A stretch of DNA of 64,000 nucleotides from positions 372,001 to 436,000 of the forward strand of contig JASANG010003582.1 of NCBI GenBank assembly GCA_030248215.1, written 5' to 3'. A program made the position numbers and the translations under genes. Of this stretch, positions 1 through 46,174 are shown in pieces. Origin of the DNA: Enoplolaimus lenunculus (taxonomy: Eukaryota). Below the pieces are notes generated by a model. The model was not told the origin of the DNA and ran no database searches. It saw only the letters and a program-made list of their open reading frames with translations. The number at the start of each line of letters is the position of its first letter. The first letter of the stretch is position 1.

Positions 1-575
1 TTATGAACATATCCAATATCGGACAAATATTTCATTCCAGCCGCTACGCATTGAACCATAGCGATTGTTGACTGTAGACTTATCTGGCATCGATTTCGCT
101 GAAACAATAATTCTACTATATAAAAAATAGCAAACATAACCGCATCTTTATTCTTTATACAATTCGACAATTCAAAATACGTGCTATACCTAAACCAAAT
201 ATGCAACAGAACGTCCATAACTTTAATGCACGAACATAATATAGACTATTCAGCCATCGGGTACCAACTAGAAACACACCGGGATTTAGACCCGAACCCC
301 CGCGGCCAAATATTCGTTGCCATTTTCAGTTCACTCGATGCGTCTTGAAGAAACTGAATAAAAATTTAATATTTCGTTAATGAACAAATTTTACAAAAAT
401 TTTACTTAAATGAATTTTAAATTTTACAGTGTATTATTATGCGTAAAGATTGTTTCTAATCAGTATTTTATTTCGCAACAACATATGTTTCGTTTGTTTT
501 GCCGGTTCCGGCATTTTGTAGTACGCGGTTGCACGTTAACCTTAATTTAAAATAAAAAAAATTATAATCGCTCAC

Positions 576-32145
<31,570 letters not shown>

Positions 32146-32177
32146 TATAACGGAAATGACGTTTTATAACCAACCAA

Positions 32178-32255
32178 TTAAAAGCGTTGCATCAAACCAA
32201 TCCATCCAATCAGCAATAAGCATTCCAGTATCGCCACTCGTAAAGTCGTCATCAT
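32178..32255 (-). promoter_or_regulatory. Candidate uORF encoding a signal-peptide paralogue (MMTTLRVAILECLLLIGWIGLMQRF*)
   Basis: ATG at 32255 to TAA at 32178, ending 32 nt before the main ATG. Whether it lies in the transcript is inferred, not shown. Confidence 0.55.
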
Positions 32256-33510
32256 AACGGAAATAAACGTTTTATAATTAACCAATTAAATGCGTGTTGA
32301 TTATAACGATAAACCATTATTTAATTACCAATCCATCCAATCAGCGATAAGCATTCCAGTGACGCCTTCGAAAAGCCGACACCATAATGGAAATGACGTT
32401 TTATAACCAACCAATTAAATGCGTGATTATTATAACGATAAACCGTTATTTAATTGGATGAAAACGACACAGCAGCGGCATAATACTTTGATCACACATG
32501 CTTGCGTTTATTGCCAACGAACCAAAACGAGTTTATTTAATAAATTCAGGGCTGTGTGGCATGCTTTTAACGACAAAATGCACATTTATTTCACACCGTT
32601 GGGCAACAAGTTTTTACATTATAACACAAATTGCGACCATCAACATACTCGGACTCTGTAAATAATGCTATTATGTACGTTTAAAATAGTAAATATAAAT
32701 ATATTCAGAAATTGTTTAAAAATATCTACATCTGTTATATAACTAATATATCACTTGGGTTAATACACAGCCAAGTGAATCGGAATTAATTAGCTTTCTC
32801 CGTTCAAACTAAGGTGGGCTTTAATTGATAACTTGCCTTCATCATTCAAAATGCTAAAGTTTTGGGGCCCCATAGAAAGTTTTCAACCTTGCTTGTAACT
32901 AACTGAAAACCCTTGAATGCCCCTCCTGAAAATTTTTTACCCCCCAGCAAGGTGAGCTGGCTACGGGCCTGGTTCTACCCCCCACTTTTTAGAGGGGGTA
33001 CAACCAATGCGAACAATGGCACTTTATGTATGCGGCGTCAAACATGCTCCCCTAATAGCTTAGTTTAAGGTTAACGCATATGACATCGACCCCGTCTAAA
33101 CAAGGGGAGGTCGGCCAAAAACGCAACGCCCGATGGTACATTATGTACCAAGCGGGATCACAAGAGTTGCACACTCTTGGTGATACTAACTCCGCGCAAT
33201 CTCAGTCTATTTTTTGAAAGGTTACTGCGGTAAATTAGCTGTGAATGGGGGGATATTGCAGAAACCTTAGGCCTCGAAGACATTTTAAATAACGGATAGT
33301 TGAAGCGTTTTGTGATGTGAGAATTTCAGGTCACTAGTGAACTTTACAAGCGACCATGCCACCAATACGATTCGTTCACATAATCTTTCGAGAACTCGCT
33401 TTAGTGCTCGGCATATGCGTCGTGGCGATTTTCAAGCGGTTCAACATAAAACTGATACCCGATACAACCAACCCTATTGGACATCTTTTCGTTGTTCTAT
33501 GAAGTCCGGT

Positions 33511-33685
33511 CACTGGCGGATCCATGGGGGGCCACCCCGGCAGTGGCCCTCCCAACAACATCTCGCCAAAAATTATATAGCAATTTTGTGATAATAGTTC
33601 GTGGTTTGTGTGTGGGTCAAAAATTAGTTGATTACCTGTGAAATTTTGCCCCCCCCCCCATTTTGAGATGCTGGATCCGCCACTG
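33511..33685. mobile_element. hAT-like MITE, family CAGTGGCGGATCC
   Basis: Exact TSD AGTCCGGT. Confidence 0.85.
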
Positions 33686-35756
33686 AGTCCGGTTGGTAGC
33701 ATTTGATAGAGATGGTCGTACCCATTCCATTCCCACGAAAAATTCAACTTGACCCATCCACTGCACACGTTGACGGTGATCACTTGAAATTACCACCACG
33801 GTAAAAAACTTAAGAGTTGCAACATTTCAAAATAAATTCCTCAGTGTCGGAATTTGAAAAATTCAAAAACTGAACCGGAAAACTTTTGAAATCCAAAACC
33901 ATGTCTGATCCGGTAATTTTCAATACTGAAATATTTACGAAATTTTTACGAACAAACAGTTATAAGCACCGGATCCGGTTCTACGATACATGACGTCGGC
34001 TAAACAATTGATGAGCGCCATGACATGAAAATTATACGTACAGTTTGGTATTGTAACTTTGCAAGGCCCCCAGAAAGCGGTAGGAGGTACTGTGGGCACA
34101 TTTGAAACCGGTCGTGAACTTTTCACACGTTGGAAGTTCTTTATCAGACACCGCCACCCCTTAAGTTTCGGTTTATAACCTTCCGAAATGATAATTCTGG
34201 CATACGTTCCTGTAGCCCTACACCCCATACTGATTCAAACAACTAAAAATTTCACTTTAAGTCAAAAATTTCTGACCAGTTTGCCCAAAACTTAAACATC
34301 AATATTGTACAATGCGAAAACGCCACAGTGAATTCTAAACAATCAAATCAGCTTATAATTTGTACACGAATCAGCTGACGGTATTTAGACGCAAGAAATA
34401 AACACAAATCAGCAATACTGGTAACGTTTGTGCGACAAATCAAAAAACCAGAATCCATAACGCGTACTTAACCCGACAAAACTAAGCCAGTAGCAATTGG
34501 CACTAGGGCGCCATAAAATTTATAACCCCCATTCAAAAAGTTTTAACCCTGCTTGAATTTTATCGAAGACGCGCATGTCTCTACCTGAAGAATTTTCACC
34601 CACTCATAGCAGCGCTAAAAAATGAATTTTTCGGTAACAAATATTTTTTATTTTCGGGTTCTGGCTCCAGTTACGGTTCCGGTATTTTTTTAACTTTCCG
34701 GTTCCGGTATTTTATAATTCCGGTTGCACCCTGCTCTTAGCATGTAAAGCTCTGGCTACGACTCTCGGAAAAAACACGTTTTATCACAAAATATTCCCAC
34801 GGAAATTGATTCAAACACATTAATACACGAGCGATTTCGAAACAAAACTTGTTCGAAATAAACACTGACAATACGTAGCCGAATTTATTTATATACGGCG
34901 TAAACACAGGCTGGCTTGATCTTCTGGACTACACGTCTTTGATGAATGACCAAGCTGTACTGCTGTTTATTGGTTCACACGCAACCAATAACCAATCAAC
35001 GATGTGTCCGGCAAATACAATTAACCAATGAGGAATGCGTATTTTCGTACACGCCACAACAGTAGATAAAGGTAAACTAAGTAAATTGTATATAAGTTAG
35101 GGTTGCGGTATACTTTTTGACGTGCATTGCCGTCCGTCACCATACAGTATCTTGACGGACGGTGATGGATGGCAGCGTACGGATGACGGTCGGCGCCGTA
35201 CGGATGATGCACAGTAATGGACGGAGTCGGATGTCAAATATAGCGCAACTAGTAACAATTTACGGTCTCGGGTCTGTAATACATACCCGTGACTGCAAAT
35301 TGTGCTGTAAAACCTGGTGAGTACAGAATATTACGGAAATCAAAGAGCTTTAAGTCTGGCATTTAAAATAGTACTGTGCGCAGTATATTTTAATATTTAC
35401 TAATTGTTCCGAAGGCAAATTTTTTAAACGGTATTTGATACCGGACATATATATTTTTTAGCTATTTGGCTAGAAAACGCATTGTTAGTTTTAGATATAC
35501 TATTTGCCTCACAAAAACTTCGACTGGTTTCCGGTAAATGCCCCGCTATTTGCACAACAATAATGGTGAGATTTTGTAAATAATTACATGTTCTTCTAGT
35601 TTCTCTTATCCACTTTTTATCATTTCACATTGAAATTAATTTATTCTAATTTTTGCTGAGAAAGCGTTTCAAAACTCGACTTGGCTCAAGTAGTTTGTAA
35701 AGCGGTATGATCGCAAAAATAAACAGTGGACACTACCATGATGGATGCTAGTTTTT

Positions 35757-35957
35757 GGCCCATGTATAGAACAGGGCTGGATCGTTTTCCGGAGAGGCTA
35801 TAATAGAGTCAGTTTAAAGCTTTAGACTAATTTTTTTTTTGCTTAGGCTTAGTCTTAGGTTTAGGCTTTGGCTTAGGAATAGGCTCGTCCATACGGTTAG
35901 GCTTAGGCATAGGCATTTGCTTATACTAATGTTCCGGCCCTGTTCTATACATGGGCC
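35757..35957. mobile_element. Merlin-like MITE with inverted flanks
   Basis: TIR GGCCCATGTATAGAACAGGGC at both ends; internal TTAGGC repeats. Confidence 0.8.
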
Positions 35958-36772
35958 AAAAAGTAGCATCCACCTGTATCGCGCACTACCGGACATCCTT
36001 TGGGTCATGCGCTGACATTTATCCATTGTTTAATAAATCAGTTTGATTTGTTCAAATATTGCTTGAAACATAATTCCAATCTGAAACTGCAAGCTTCTCG
36101 CTATCGAGGTTGATTTCATTTTCTTCTGGTATAAAATTTCAATCAAAAATCCTTAGTCCACATTTTCTATTGTTTTGTTTTGATGCAATTTTGTGAGTTT
36201 CTGTGAAATTCTATTCCTGTATGCCTCAAAAACTTCACCGCGCCTTTGGTACGCTGAAATTTAAATTTGAACGTCAGAGCAACATAACTGTTTGGGCCCA
36301 TGTTACTATGAAGGCCGTACCACTGTCCATTCCCTGCTGTACCCCCCCAGGATAAAGCCAATAGTCTCAGTTTACACGTATTAGTACTTTCTTTAATTAG
36401 TAAACTCTAGTAAGCTAAACGACGTAGAATGCCATGGTTAACCATAATCTTTTCATTGTACCACCATAAAAAACTTTTATGGCAGGACTCTGATAGCTGA
36501 TAACTGTTGTTTCCAAGCACCCCTGTACTGCCCATTATTTCGGCAAATACAAAATCGAAAACCTGAACATGTACCTATTTTATTGAACAATTAAGCCATA
36601 TAAAAAACGTTTTTCGTACTTTTTAACCACCCGGTGACAGGAAAGTTTGTTTATTTTTAGTTCTCACCGCCGGGTGCGAACGCCAAAATGTTCAAAAAGT
36701 TTTAGCATAAAAAGTGGTGGGTTAGTGTTACTTTTAGCGCCGTAGCAGTAGATAAAACGTATCCTAAGCCTA

Positions 36773-36971
36773 CACTGTAAACAATGGGAAGTCAAATTGA
36801 CTCTTTCGGAAACAGGCTTTTCCTGACTACACAAACTGAGTCAAATTTGACTCCGCCAGAGTCAAATGTGATTCTGTGTTGAGTCTGGCGGAGTCAAATT
36901 TGACTCAGTTTGTATAGTCAGGAAAAGCCTGTTTCCGAGAGAGTCAATTTGACTCCCCATTTTTTACAGTG
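36773..36971. mobile_element. CMC/CACTA-like foldback MITE (near-perfect ~200-bp palindrome)
   Basis: CACTGTAAA...TTTACAGTG termini; TA TSD inside a CCTAAG repeat; GAGTCAAATTTGACTC motifs; related copies at about 52960-53108, 56106 and 56790-57038. Confidence 0.75.
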
Positions 36972-39000
36972 TAAGCCTATAACCGTTGCAAAAGCGTATT
37001 TTTAAGCCTACGCCTAAGCCTAAGCCGAAGCCTAAACCTAAGGTTAAACCTAAGCGAAAAATGTAGTCTAGTAGATAAGCCTACTCTTTTACAGACCCAT
37101 GAGAAACCGGGACGGCCCTAATAAAAGTAACATGGGCCAACTGATGTATGCAGAAATTTCTGACCGGAACACCGTGCAATAGTGAAGAAACTTCGAGAGC
37201 GAAGCTAAACGAGAAGCTAAACGCAATATTTGTACTATAAATCATAAATATACTATAAAAAATTTCAATTTTGGCCCATATTCTCAAATGCGCGTAGCAC
37301 CTGTCATCAGTTAGCGATAGGTTTTCAAACTGAGACCAACGTCTGCAATTGCAGATCTCAAATGTGGTTCAGAAGAAGGACAAATCAAACGTGAAAAATG
37401 TGCAGAATTTTGAACCTCAGTATGCGCTGGTACCAAAGTAACCGGACCTATCGTCCAGCTGGTGATAGGTGCTACACACATTTGAGAATATGGGCTTTAG
37501 TCTCAGCCCAAAAGCAAAATCCAATCTCTTTTGTAAATGGAACATAGCCTTGGTACCTCCTTAATATCTGCTAGCGAGCAAAACCGATTAAGTAAGTACT
37601 GAGCTTAAGAAATACAGAATTTAAATTAAGAATAAACATGGAAAATTTCAACTAAGAATGAATAATAAAAAGTCAAACGTAAAGATGGTGAAATTTTTAG
37701 CCAGCAACGGCTGGCGTGAGAAAATGAGCTAAAACTTTCACAGCTCAACGGAATAAATTAGGCTCTTTATACGTAGTTTGATTTTACAAACGAAACCGAC
37801 GCCTTGTTACAACCGAAATATATTAATCAGATACTGCGACTAAATGTGATAAAATATCTGGAAAAAATTAAAGTTTACTTAAACATTCGTAGACTGTTTT
37901 CAGCATAATTTTATTAATTATAAGAGATATTTTATCTCAAGTTTGTTTCTGGCTATTTTTTCTATCATAAATCAATTTGAAGACCAAAATTGTAGCTTTT
38001 CACAAGACCGATAATATGAAATTTGTGCAAAGCATAAACGAAATACAGAGAGTCGATAGTCATACTTAACTCGACGTTTACTTGGAGGGTTTGGATTTTA
38101 ATGGCCTACTCGCTATGAAGTGGACCAATTTTCATTCAAAAAAACATCAATAGTTTTAACCTATTTCCAATCTGAAAACTGGTCGTTTTAGCAAACAAAA
38201 AGTGGACAGTTTGATTTGAGCCAAACCAGTCGTTGGTTAATACAGGGGTCCAGCCAGAACATCAGTACGGGATGAGGTATATCCTGGTATCAATGGTTTT
38301 GACCTGAAGGCTCCAAAGAACTATTCCAAAGCCCGTTAGAAGTGCTTTTTTCTCGTCTGCCCAGGATTTGCGGGACACGAGATATCCTATTCGTCCCTCT
38401 CCTTGTATACGCGACTTGATAGTTTAAGCTTTATTATGCCAATTCCCTCGAGGTCAATAAAACAACTGTAACCGATGCAGGTTTTTTCAAAGCAACATTA
38501 ATTATATCTGGCGTTCTGGTCGGGGCCGTAGCAAAGGGGGGTGGCCAGCGGGGCTCAGTCCCCGCTGGAAAATTTTTTGACCCTCCTAGAAAATATTCAA
38601 CATTGCTTGTAAGTCATTGAAAAACCGTTGTATGCCCCTCCTGAATATTCTTTAGCCCCCCTAGTACGGTGAGCTGGCTACGGTTCTGGTTCTGATAGTT
38701 TCCGTACAAACTGGCTCTGGTTATATTCAGCCAGTGCTATGAAAACGTATGATGAAAAAAAAACGAGAAAACCTATTAATATGCTGACTCGTGTAGAATC
38801 TAGCGTACTAATCACACCTTTGTTACCTAAACCAAATATAACCTGAGAGCCGCTTTGCCATATTCAATTCTATATTCAATATAAACTGTAGAAAAACAAA
38901 CCAACTACCTACCTTATCAATGCTTTAACCTCGGGGACTTTGGGACAGATTATTAATACTGAGTGTGTTCGTTCGTGTGCGATATATGTATTATTTTATT

Positions 39001-39191
39001 GGCCAATGTTACTTTAAGGGGCGTAACAGTAGATTAAGCGTATTCCTAAGCCTCAGTCTAAGCGTTGCAAAAATGTATTCCTAAGCCTAAGCCTAAGCCT
39101 AAGCCCACGCAAAAAATGTAATCTAGAATCTAAACGTACTCTTTTATAGACCCACCAGGAACCTGTAACGCCTCTTAAAGTAACATGGGTG
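39001..39191. mobile_element. Merlin-like MITE
   Basis: GGCCAATGTTACTTTAAGGGGCG TIR; exact TSD ATTTTATT. Confidence 0.8.
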
Positions 39192-39349
39192 ATTTTATTA
39201 GTCGTATCACTACTCATACTAATTATTCCTACGTTATAGATTTTCTATGTCTCAAAGGATACCTTTCGTTTTTCGTTATACCTCTGGTAAAAATACAAAT
39301 GGCGTGCGTAACGAAAAACAAACGAGGTTCGATAATATAGAATATCTAT

Positions 39350-39502
39350 GGCCCATACATAGAACAGGGCTGGATCGTTTTGCGGAGGGTCTATAATAGA
39401 GTCAGTTTAAGCTTTAGACAAACTTTTGCTTAGGCTTAGGCTTAGGTCTAGACTTAGGAATATGCTTATACTACTGTTCCGGCGCTGTTCTATACATGGG
39501 CC
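39350..39502. mobile_element. Merlin-like MITE
   Basis: GGCCCAT..ATAGAACAG TIRs; exact TSD ATATCTAT. Confidence 0.85.
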
Positions 39503-41485
39503 ATATCTATTTTTACGAACATAAATTTGAAGCTCAACCAGTGGCGGATCCAGTATTTCATTAGAAAAAAGGGTGTTAACACATGACAAATAAACGTTTA
39601 ATTCAACGGATAGTTGCAATTTCGGCTATATATCAGTTAAACGAAAGGTAGGGGGTGCTTTAAAAGTGAATAACAATCCGTAAACAAATAACAGGGGTCC
39701 CCTCTGGAGAAGGCAAATAAATATCAGTCTCCGCCCTTATTCGGGTGACACTACGGTACCTAAAATGTACAGCTACTTGAGAAGAATACGAAACAAAATT
39801 TCGCGCTGTGCGCAAAGTTGCGTAAAAATTTTATTTATTCTAAAGATTGGTCACTTTCTAGATACACCATTTTCCAACTTTTGGGTGTCCTCACAGCTAT
39901 CAAACACGAATGTGAGCTCAGACAACATCAGATCAAACACCGAACAATTCTGGATCCACATCAACGTTGAGGGCCCCCACCTTGGAGTTTTGGAGGGAGC
40001 CGCTACTCCTGGTCAGTGGACTCTATAACCATATAATATGTGGCCGTCCGTGACCCATGCCGGTTGCTAAAAAGAAACCTATCGCGCAGGGTTAGAGCAG
40101 CAACCCGCGAACCATCCTTTTGGAGCCCCCACTCTAACAGGTACTCGCTTCGCCCGCTAGTTTTTGAGACTATTAAAGGTTTCCGCGACGCTCGCTACCC
40201 TCGTTGGCTTACAATTTTATGTAGTCAAGAATGGTATTAAAAAAATATATATATTGAATGAGGTGTGCCGTGTGCTGTCTCCCCTGATTAGAGCACATTA
40301 AGATTATATAAGGTTTCACCTAAAATATAAACTGTTTAGCTATTTTAGAAGAAAATGACAAGAAAAAATTCGCACTGCACCCGAAATGTGATTCATTTTA
40401 AAGATGGCTTCACAATATTACATCCATCATTTTGCAACGTCTGTGTGAAACTATTTTTTGGCAGAGTGTCCTCTCACCCAACAAACACGGGCGTCAGCTT
40501 GAACAACCTCAGATCAAATACCAAGATCTTCTGGATCCACGTCTACGCTGGGGGCCACCACCCTGGAGTTTGAATGGAGCACTCACTCTAAAGTGTGGGG
40601 TGAGCTCCCACCCCGGTCTGCTCCGACACTGCTCTCACTCAGCCTAACTTTTGTATGTTATAATAATCCATAACTTGCTATTAATTCGTACATACAATAT
40701 ATACCATTATTTAGCAATTGGTATACCACACATTTCCGACTAAAATGAAAAAGTGATAAATTACCAGTCGTTAGTCTATAATTAAAGGGGTTGTAAAGTT
40801 TAACGCTGGTTTTGAGCCTTCAGCTAAGGTGGTCTCTATATATTTCTACTGATATTATAAATGAGGTAGGCCAAAAATTAGTCAGTTCGCTGTTGAGCAA
40901 AGTGGTTAGGAATATATTTAGGAAAAATTTCCGCCGGAAACACAAACTTTTAGCAGCTAATTCTGCATTCGAAATCTCGTTCACTACTATGTTAATGTCT
41001 AAGTTTTAACTATTTCATTAGTGCACGAAAATTACATCTTCCTGAGTAAAATATCGTCACGTGATATTCGGTAGAATTTTGGAATACCATTTAATATTCG
41101 CATAAATGTCCCGTGGTATCATGTGACATATGCCCACTTGTATACTATGGTCACACGAGATAAATGGCTTGTAACCAAAGTCATGCGACCGTCACATTTT
41201 GTCGTCATACCTGCTATTAGAATCACAAAATTTTACGTTCACATAGAATCAACATCGACAAAACGTGTTCCGGGTTGCCCAAGTTACAACGTGCATTTCA
41301 CATCTATAAATTGTCAACTTTTAAAATGACAAAGCTTATACCGTAGTAAAACCAGGTTCAAAAAGTTCCGATATTTATTGTAGAAATTTTCATATCGATC
41401 TATTGACGCCTGTATAATGTATTCTATTTCTGTTTGTTCAGATATTAGGTACAGATCCTAGGGTATGCTCAGTGTTTTCTCGAAG

Positions 41486-41830
41486 TAACACATCCTCGAA
41501 CCAGTATACAGAAATCTACAAGCCTTTAATAGTTTTATTCATATTTCTGTTAACATGCTGTAGTGCTTACATTCAATTTTTAATTTCAAAATCAAACTGT
41601 TTAACACATCCTCGAACCAGTATACAGAAATCTACAAGCCTTTAATAGTTTTATTCATATTTCTGTTAACATGCTGTAGTGCTTACATTCAATTTTTAAT
41701 TTCAAAATCAAACTGTTTAACACATCCTCGAACCAGTATACAGAAATCTACAAGCCTTTAATAGTTTTATTCATATTTCTGTTAACATGCTGTACTGCTT
41801 ACATTCAATTTTTAATTTCAAAATCAAACT
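41486..41830. repeat. 116-bp tandem repeat, three near-identical copies
   Basis: CATCCTCGAACCAGTATACAG at 41491, 41607 and 41723. Confidence 0.95.
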
Positions 41831-43570
41831 CTATCTGTTCTCTCTTTTTTAGTTTATATTATTTTCTTAAAATTTTCTAAAATTCTTTTCAAGACCTTTC
41901 ACCACACATGCATAATTTTCCTTTAAAATAAATTCGTCCTTATTTTAAAAATCCTGGGTCCATATCTGAATAATCCATCAAAAAGTTTAGTTAGAGCTTT
42001 AGAGGTAGTTTCGGTACAAATTTACCTATTAATGACTCGCACTTGGCGCTAAAGCAAACATTTTAAATAGTAATAGGACACTAGTTATCAGGTAAGAAAT
42101 TAATATTAACTAGTCAACGTGCTGCATAATGTACAACTCTATTTTAATATTAACAAACTGCGCAGAACGCGCGGTTGTAGCCAGGGGGTTCAGGGGGCGG
42201 CTCAGGGGGCCTCAGTCTTCTGAAAAATACTGGCCCTGCCTAGAAAATAGCCTCGCTTGTAAATCATGCGACAACCTTGTATGCCATCCAAAAAATTTAT
42301 AACCCCTCTAGCGACACAAGCGGTCTTCCTTTGATCTCAACTTAAGGCAGCATGGCTCAGCATGGGAGTCTTGTAATTTTTTAGTCTACTCACACAGCCA
42401 ACAAGCGTTTTGATCCACATATGGAACACCGCTATACATTTCAAAATATAGCGCGATACCAGCGCCCGTGGTCAGCGTTTTGCAACAATACGGGGTAAAC
42501 TAGCGCAATAAAGTTCTTGCCAAAACCTATTTGATGATATCCCGTCGCTAACAATATTTTAAATATTGATAAATTTCAGGATGGCGTAATTTCAGGGAAT
42601 GATGATAATTATGGGAGTAGGTAAGCGTAGCAAACAAGACGTTTTTGATGCCTTTTTACATTTAGGTCCGTAGCCAGCTTACCTTTCGAGAGGCGCTAAA
42701 CATTTTTCCAGAGGGTAGTACAACGGTTTTCGATGTCTTACAAGGGTTTTCGATGACTTACAGGCAATGTTGAAAGTTTCCTAAAGGGGGGACGAATATT
42801 CACCCAGGGTGGCTGAGTTACCATGGCCACCTTATGGCTACGGGCCCGGATGTTTCGTTCTTCTCCAGGGCATTCATTACGAAACCTATAAAAAACCTGT
42901 TTTCAAAAAATTTGTGAGGACTGGAGCCATTTAGGTTATGCCTACCGGGCACGGATTAAAACCAAACTTTTGTATTAAGATATACGTATTAAAATTGCGT
43001 TTGGCTTGTAATTCGTTTGGCTTTCTCCCGCCAAATGTTTCTGGACGTGCCACTGTGATATCGCTTCCGCAATCCCGCATTCCGGACGCAAACGGTTAAT
43101 AACTAATAAATAAGTCGTTTTTGACCCATCAGTGAGACTTGATTTTGCTCAGTGGCGAATGCACAAATTTCTGAACGAGGGGTCGTTCGAGATCTCGAAA
43201 TGTGCAAATTTCAAAACTGTGAGGAACAAAGGATACAAAACATACAGCCTTACAGTCAACTGGATTGCTTTGCAAACTGACCCTTATTACTACAAAGGAC
43301 GGCTCCGTGGCCGAATTATTTCAATTGCATTTAAAGGAATTCCATAAGAAAATTTTCCTTACCCCCTCTGGAAATCTTTTTGCTATTCATACTCAGAATT
43401 CCTGGTTGTGAGCCTGTTTGGCTTGGAAATACTTTGTGCTAACGGTAACAGATACCATCGTCTACTGTAAATGTCAAAACGTAAATCAAATTGAAACCAG
43501 TGCATATTGAACTCACGTCCGTATCCAGCACACCTTGCTAGGCGGCTAAACATTTTTCACGAGGGGCATA

Positions 43571-44181
43571 CTGTAGTGACCCGAATAAGAGGGGGTGGGG
43601 TCTGGGGTAATAAAAGGGGACCCCATTTTGAGTCCCAATCAATAGGAGTCCGTATCCCTAATAAAAATCCGTAAACGGATAGAGTCCGTATCCCTAATAA
43701 CAATCCGTAAACGGATAGAGTCCCTAAACCCTAATTAGAGTCCACAAATGTCAATTATTCATAATTTAATGCATAAATGACTCCAGGGCCAAATAAAGTT
43801 AAGTTCGAATCTTTAAAGCTAAGTTTTTGATACAAGACAAGTACTTAATCGCTTAATTCAATGGATAATTGCAGTACCAGATATATATCAGTAACGAAGG
43901 GTGGCGGAGCGTAGCTTAAAAATGAATAACAGTCTGTAACTGAATAACAGGGGGAAACTCCTGGAAAAGCAGTGCTGGAACAGCCACCCCCGCGCCCCCA
44001 TCTGGGGGGCACCGCCCCTAACGGGGTCCCCACCATAACCGGTTGAAAGAAAAATCGCAGAAGTTTTAAAATGCGTCGGGCTTCTCGTTCGCGTGTTTGG
44101 GGGGAGCTCCCAATCCTGTCTGCTTCGGCACTGTGGATAGTCCAAATAAATCTCAGCCCCCCTCTTATTCAGTCACTAAAG
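43571..44181. mobile_element. Tc1/mariner-pogo-like MITE nested in a CAGGCCCGTAGCC-family element
   Basis: TA TSD splits the host consensus GAGGGGCATA|CAAGGGTTT. Confidence 0.75.
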
Positions 44182-45288
44182 TACAAGGGTTTACAATGAC
44201 TGCAGACAAGCAAGGTTGAAAATTTTCTGGTCGGGCAGGGGATTCTTCCAGAAGTGGCTCAGCTGCCCTGGCCCCCCTCTGGCTTACAGCGTGATTGAAT
44301 TGAACTCCATAACTCATCGGAACCTTACCGTAAAAACACAGCACCAACGCTATTTTGCGTTTTAAAATTATTAATATTGAACTTATCAAAACACGAAACA
44401 TTCTGTATTTTTGTGAGACTACTAGCCTTTATCTGACCTACGCCTGTACTTTGCACACCAATGATTTGGGGCAACCGAGAGGAAAACGAATATCTGTACT
44501 ATATTTTACAACTGTCAATTTTTACATAACAGAGATGAATGAGTGTTGTTTATATTTTATAGTATATATGCGATTAAAACTCTTCGAAGCAAAATATTTT
44601 TCCATGCGAAAATGAGTAGCAGTTGCACAAGATCGCACCATCCACGGGTAAATTATTAAAATAGCGGGCAAGGGGCTCGGCCTTCCCCCCTGGAAAAATT
44701 TCGGTCTCCCTAAGAAAGTTTTCAATCTTGCTTGCAAACTCATTGAAACTCTTGAATGCCCCTGCTGAAAATTTTTTAGCCCCCCAAGCAAGGCGAGCTA
44801 GTTACGGGCGTGTAGAATAGGCCATGACCGTGGGGGGTGCGATTAGAAAAACGCGTTTAAAACATTTAAGACTATCAAAAAATATTAACACTGCGATCAA
44901 TTTAAATGCGAACTTTTAGACGTTTCGATGAAACAGTAGTAATTTTTTCAATTGAAATTGGTTTAAACATCTCAAAAACACTGGACGAAATACGACAATT
45001 TTACTTTAATCTTTAATTCAGTATTGCAGTACACATTTCGTTCCCAGTGTTTAAGACTATACGCTTTACGGTTTACCGGAGCTAACGTAATGTTTAAGCC
45101 CCGATTTGATAGAGAATTTTTGCTAAACGATGTTTAAAAAAAGGCTTAGAGCTAACAGACATTTGTATTGATGTGTTCATTTTCTGTATCACGACAATTC
45201 ATCGCCCGAAATAGTTCAACATTTCATCTACTCGACAATTCGTCGCTCTTCATTATGCTTGTCGTAGATTCTACACCTTCGATATTAA

Positions 45289-45590
45289 GGCCAATGTAAA
45301 GAACAGGGGCGGAACAGTATTAATACACACAAAAAAGTATTTCTGAATTTATTCAGAAAAGTGTTTTCTGTGGCATTCTGTTATTACAGAAATACTTTTC
45401 CAGTGCACATTGCTCACATTTCTCAAATGTAAGAAATTTTTTCTTAAATATCAGAAATATTATTTTGAGTGTATAAGCATATTCCTAAGCCTAAGCCTAA
45501 GCCTATGCCGCAAAAAATTGGTCTAAAGCTCAAACTTAGTCTTTTCTAGTCCCACAGAAAACCGTTCCGCCCCTGATCTTTACACGGGCC
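45289..45590. mobile_element. Merlin-like MITE carrying a nested CAC...GTG (CMC-like) insertion at about 45326-45472
   Basis: TSD GATATTAA/GATATTAG; internal TA-flanked CACACAAAA...TTTTGAGTG element. Confidence 0.75.
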
Positions 45591-45870
45591 GATATTAGGA
45601 ATCAAACCCAATCTACAGCTCATTCCTAATTATAACATGTATTCCTTGACAAAATAAAATTAGGCGCCTATGTCTAAATTTTATAAGTAGTTTCGTAGTC
45701 AATTTTTGTTATAAATCGTATCGGATGGGGCGGGGTTTAAATATCAGGATATAGGTTGAACAATATATAACAACCAGTAACTTAATAGCAAAGGGTAGGA
45801 CGTAAAAATTATATGGACTCCATGGTAAATTCAAAATTATATCGGGTCCATAATTCGTTGCTCCCCGCTC

Positions 45871-46174
45871 ACCATTATGCTTAAGCTTAGACTTAGGCTC
45901 AGTATTACGGTTAGGATTATGCTTTTATTCAAAGAAATTTTTAGAAGACGGTTAGGCGACAAGTTTATCACACGACGAATTGTTGTAGATTCCAAAGTCT
46001 AACCGCTCGACAGGTAAAATAACCATTATGCTTAAACTTAGACTTAGGCTCAGTATGACGATTAGGATTATGCTTTTATTCAAAGGAATTTTTAGAAGAC
46101 TGTTAATAGACGACAAGTATATCACACGACGAATTGTCGTAGATTCCAAAGTGTAACCGCTTGACAGGTAAAAT
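45871..46174. repeat. 151-bp tandem duplication of a TE end plus flank
   Basis: ACCATTATGCTTAA..CTTAGACTTAGG...GTAGATTCCAAAGT...GACAGGTAAAATA at 45871 and 46022. Confidence 0.9.

Noticed and set aside
240..353. Next Eph kinase exon candidate (tattcag acceptor, FLQDASSELKM...)
   Set aside because: The translation does not resemble the Eph alphaE/HRD region; the true exon is probably beyond the window.
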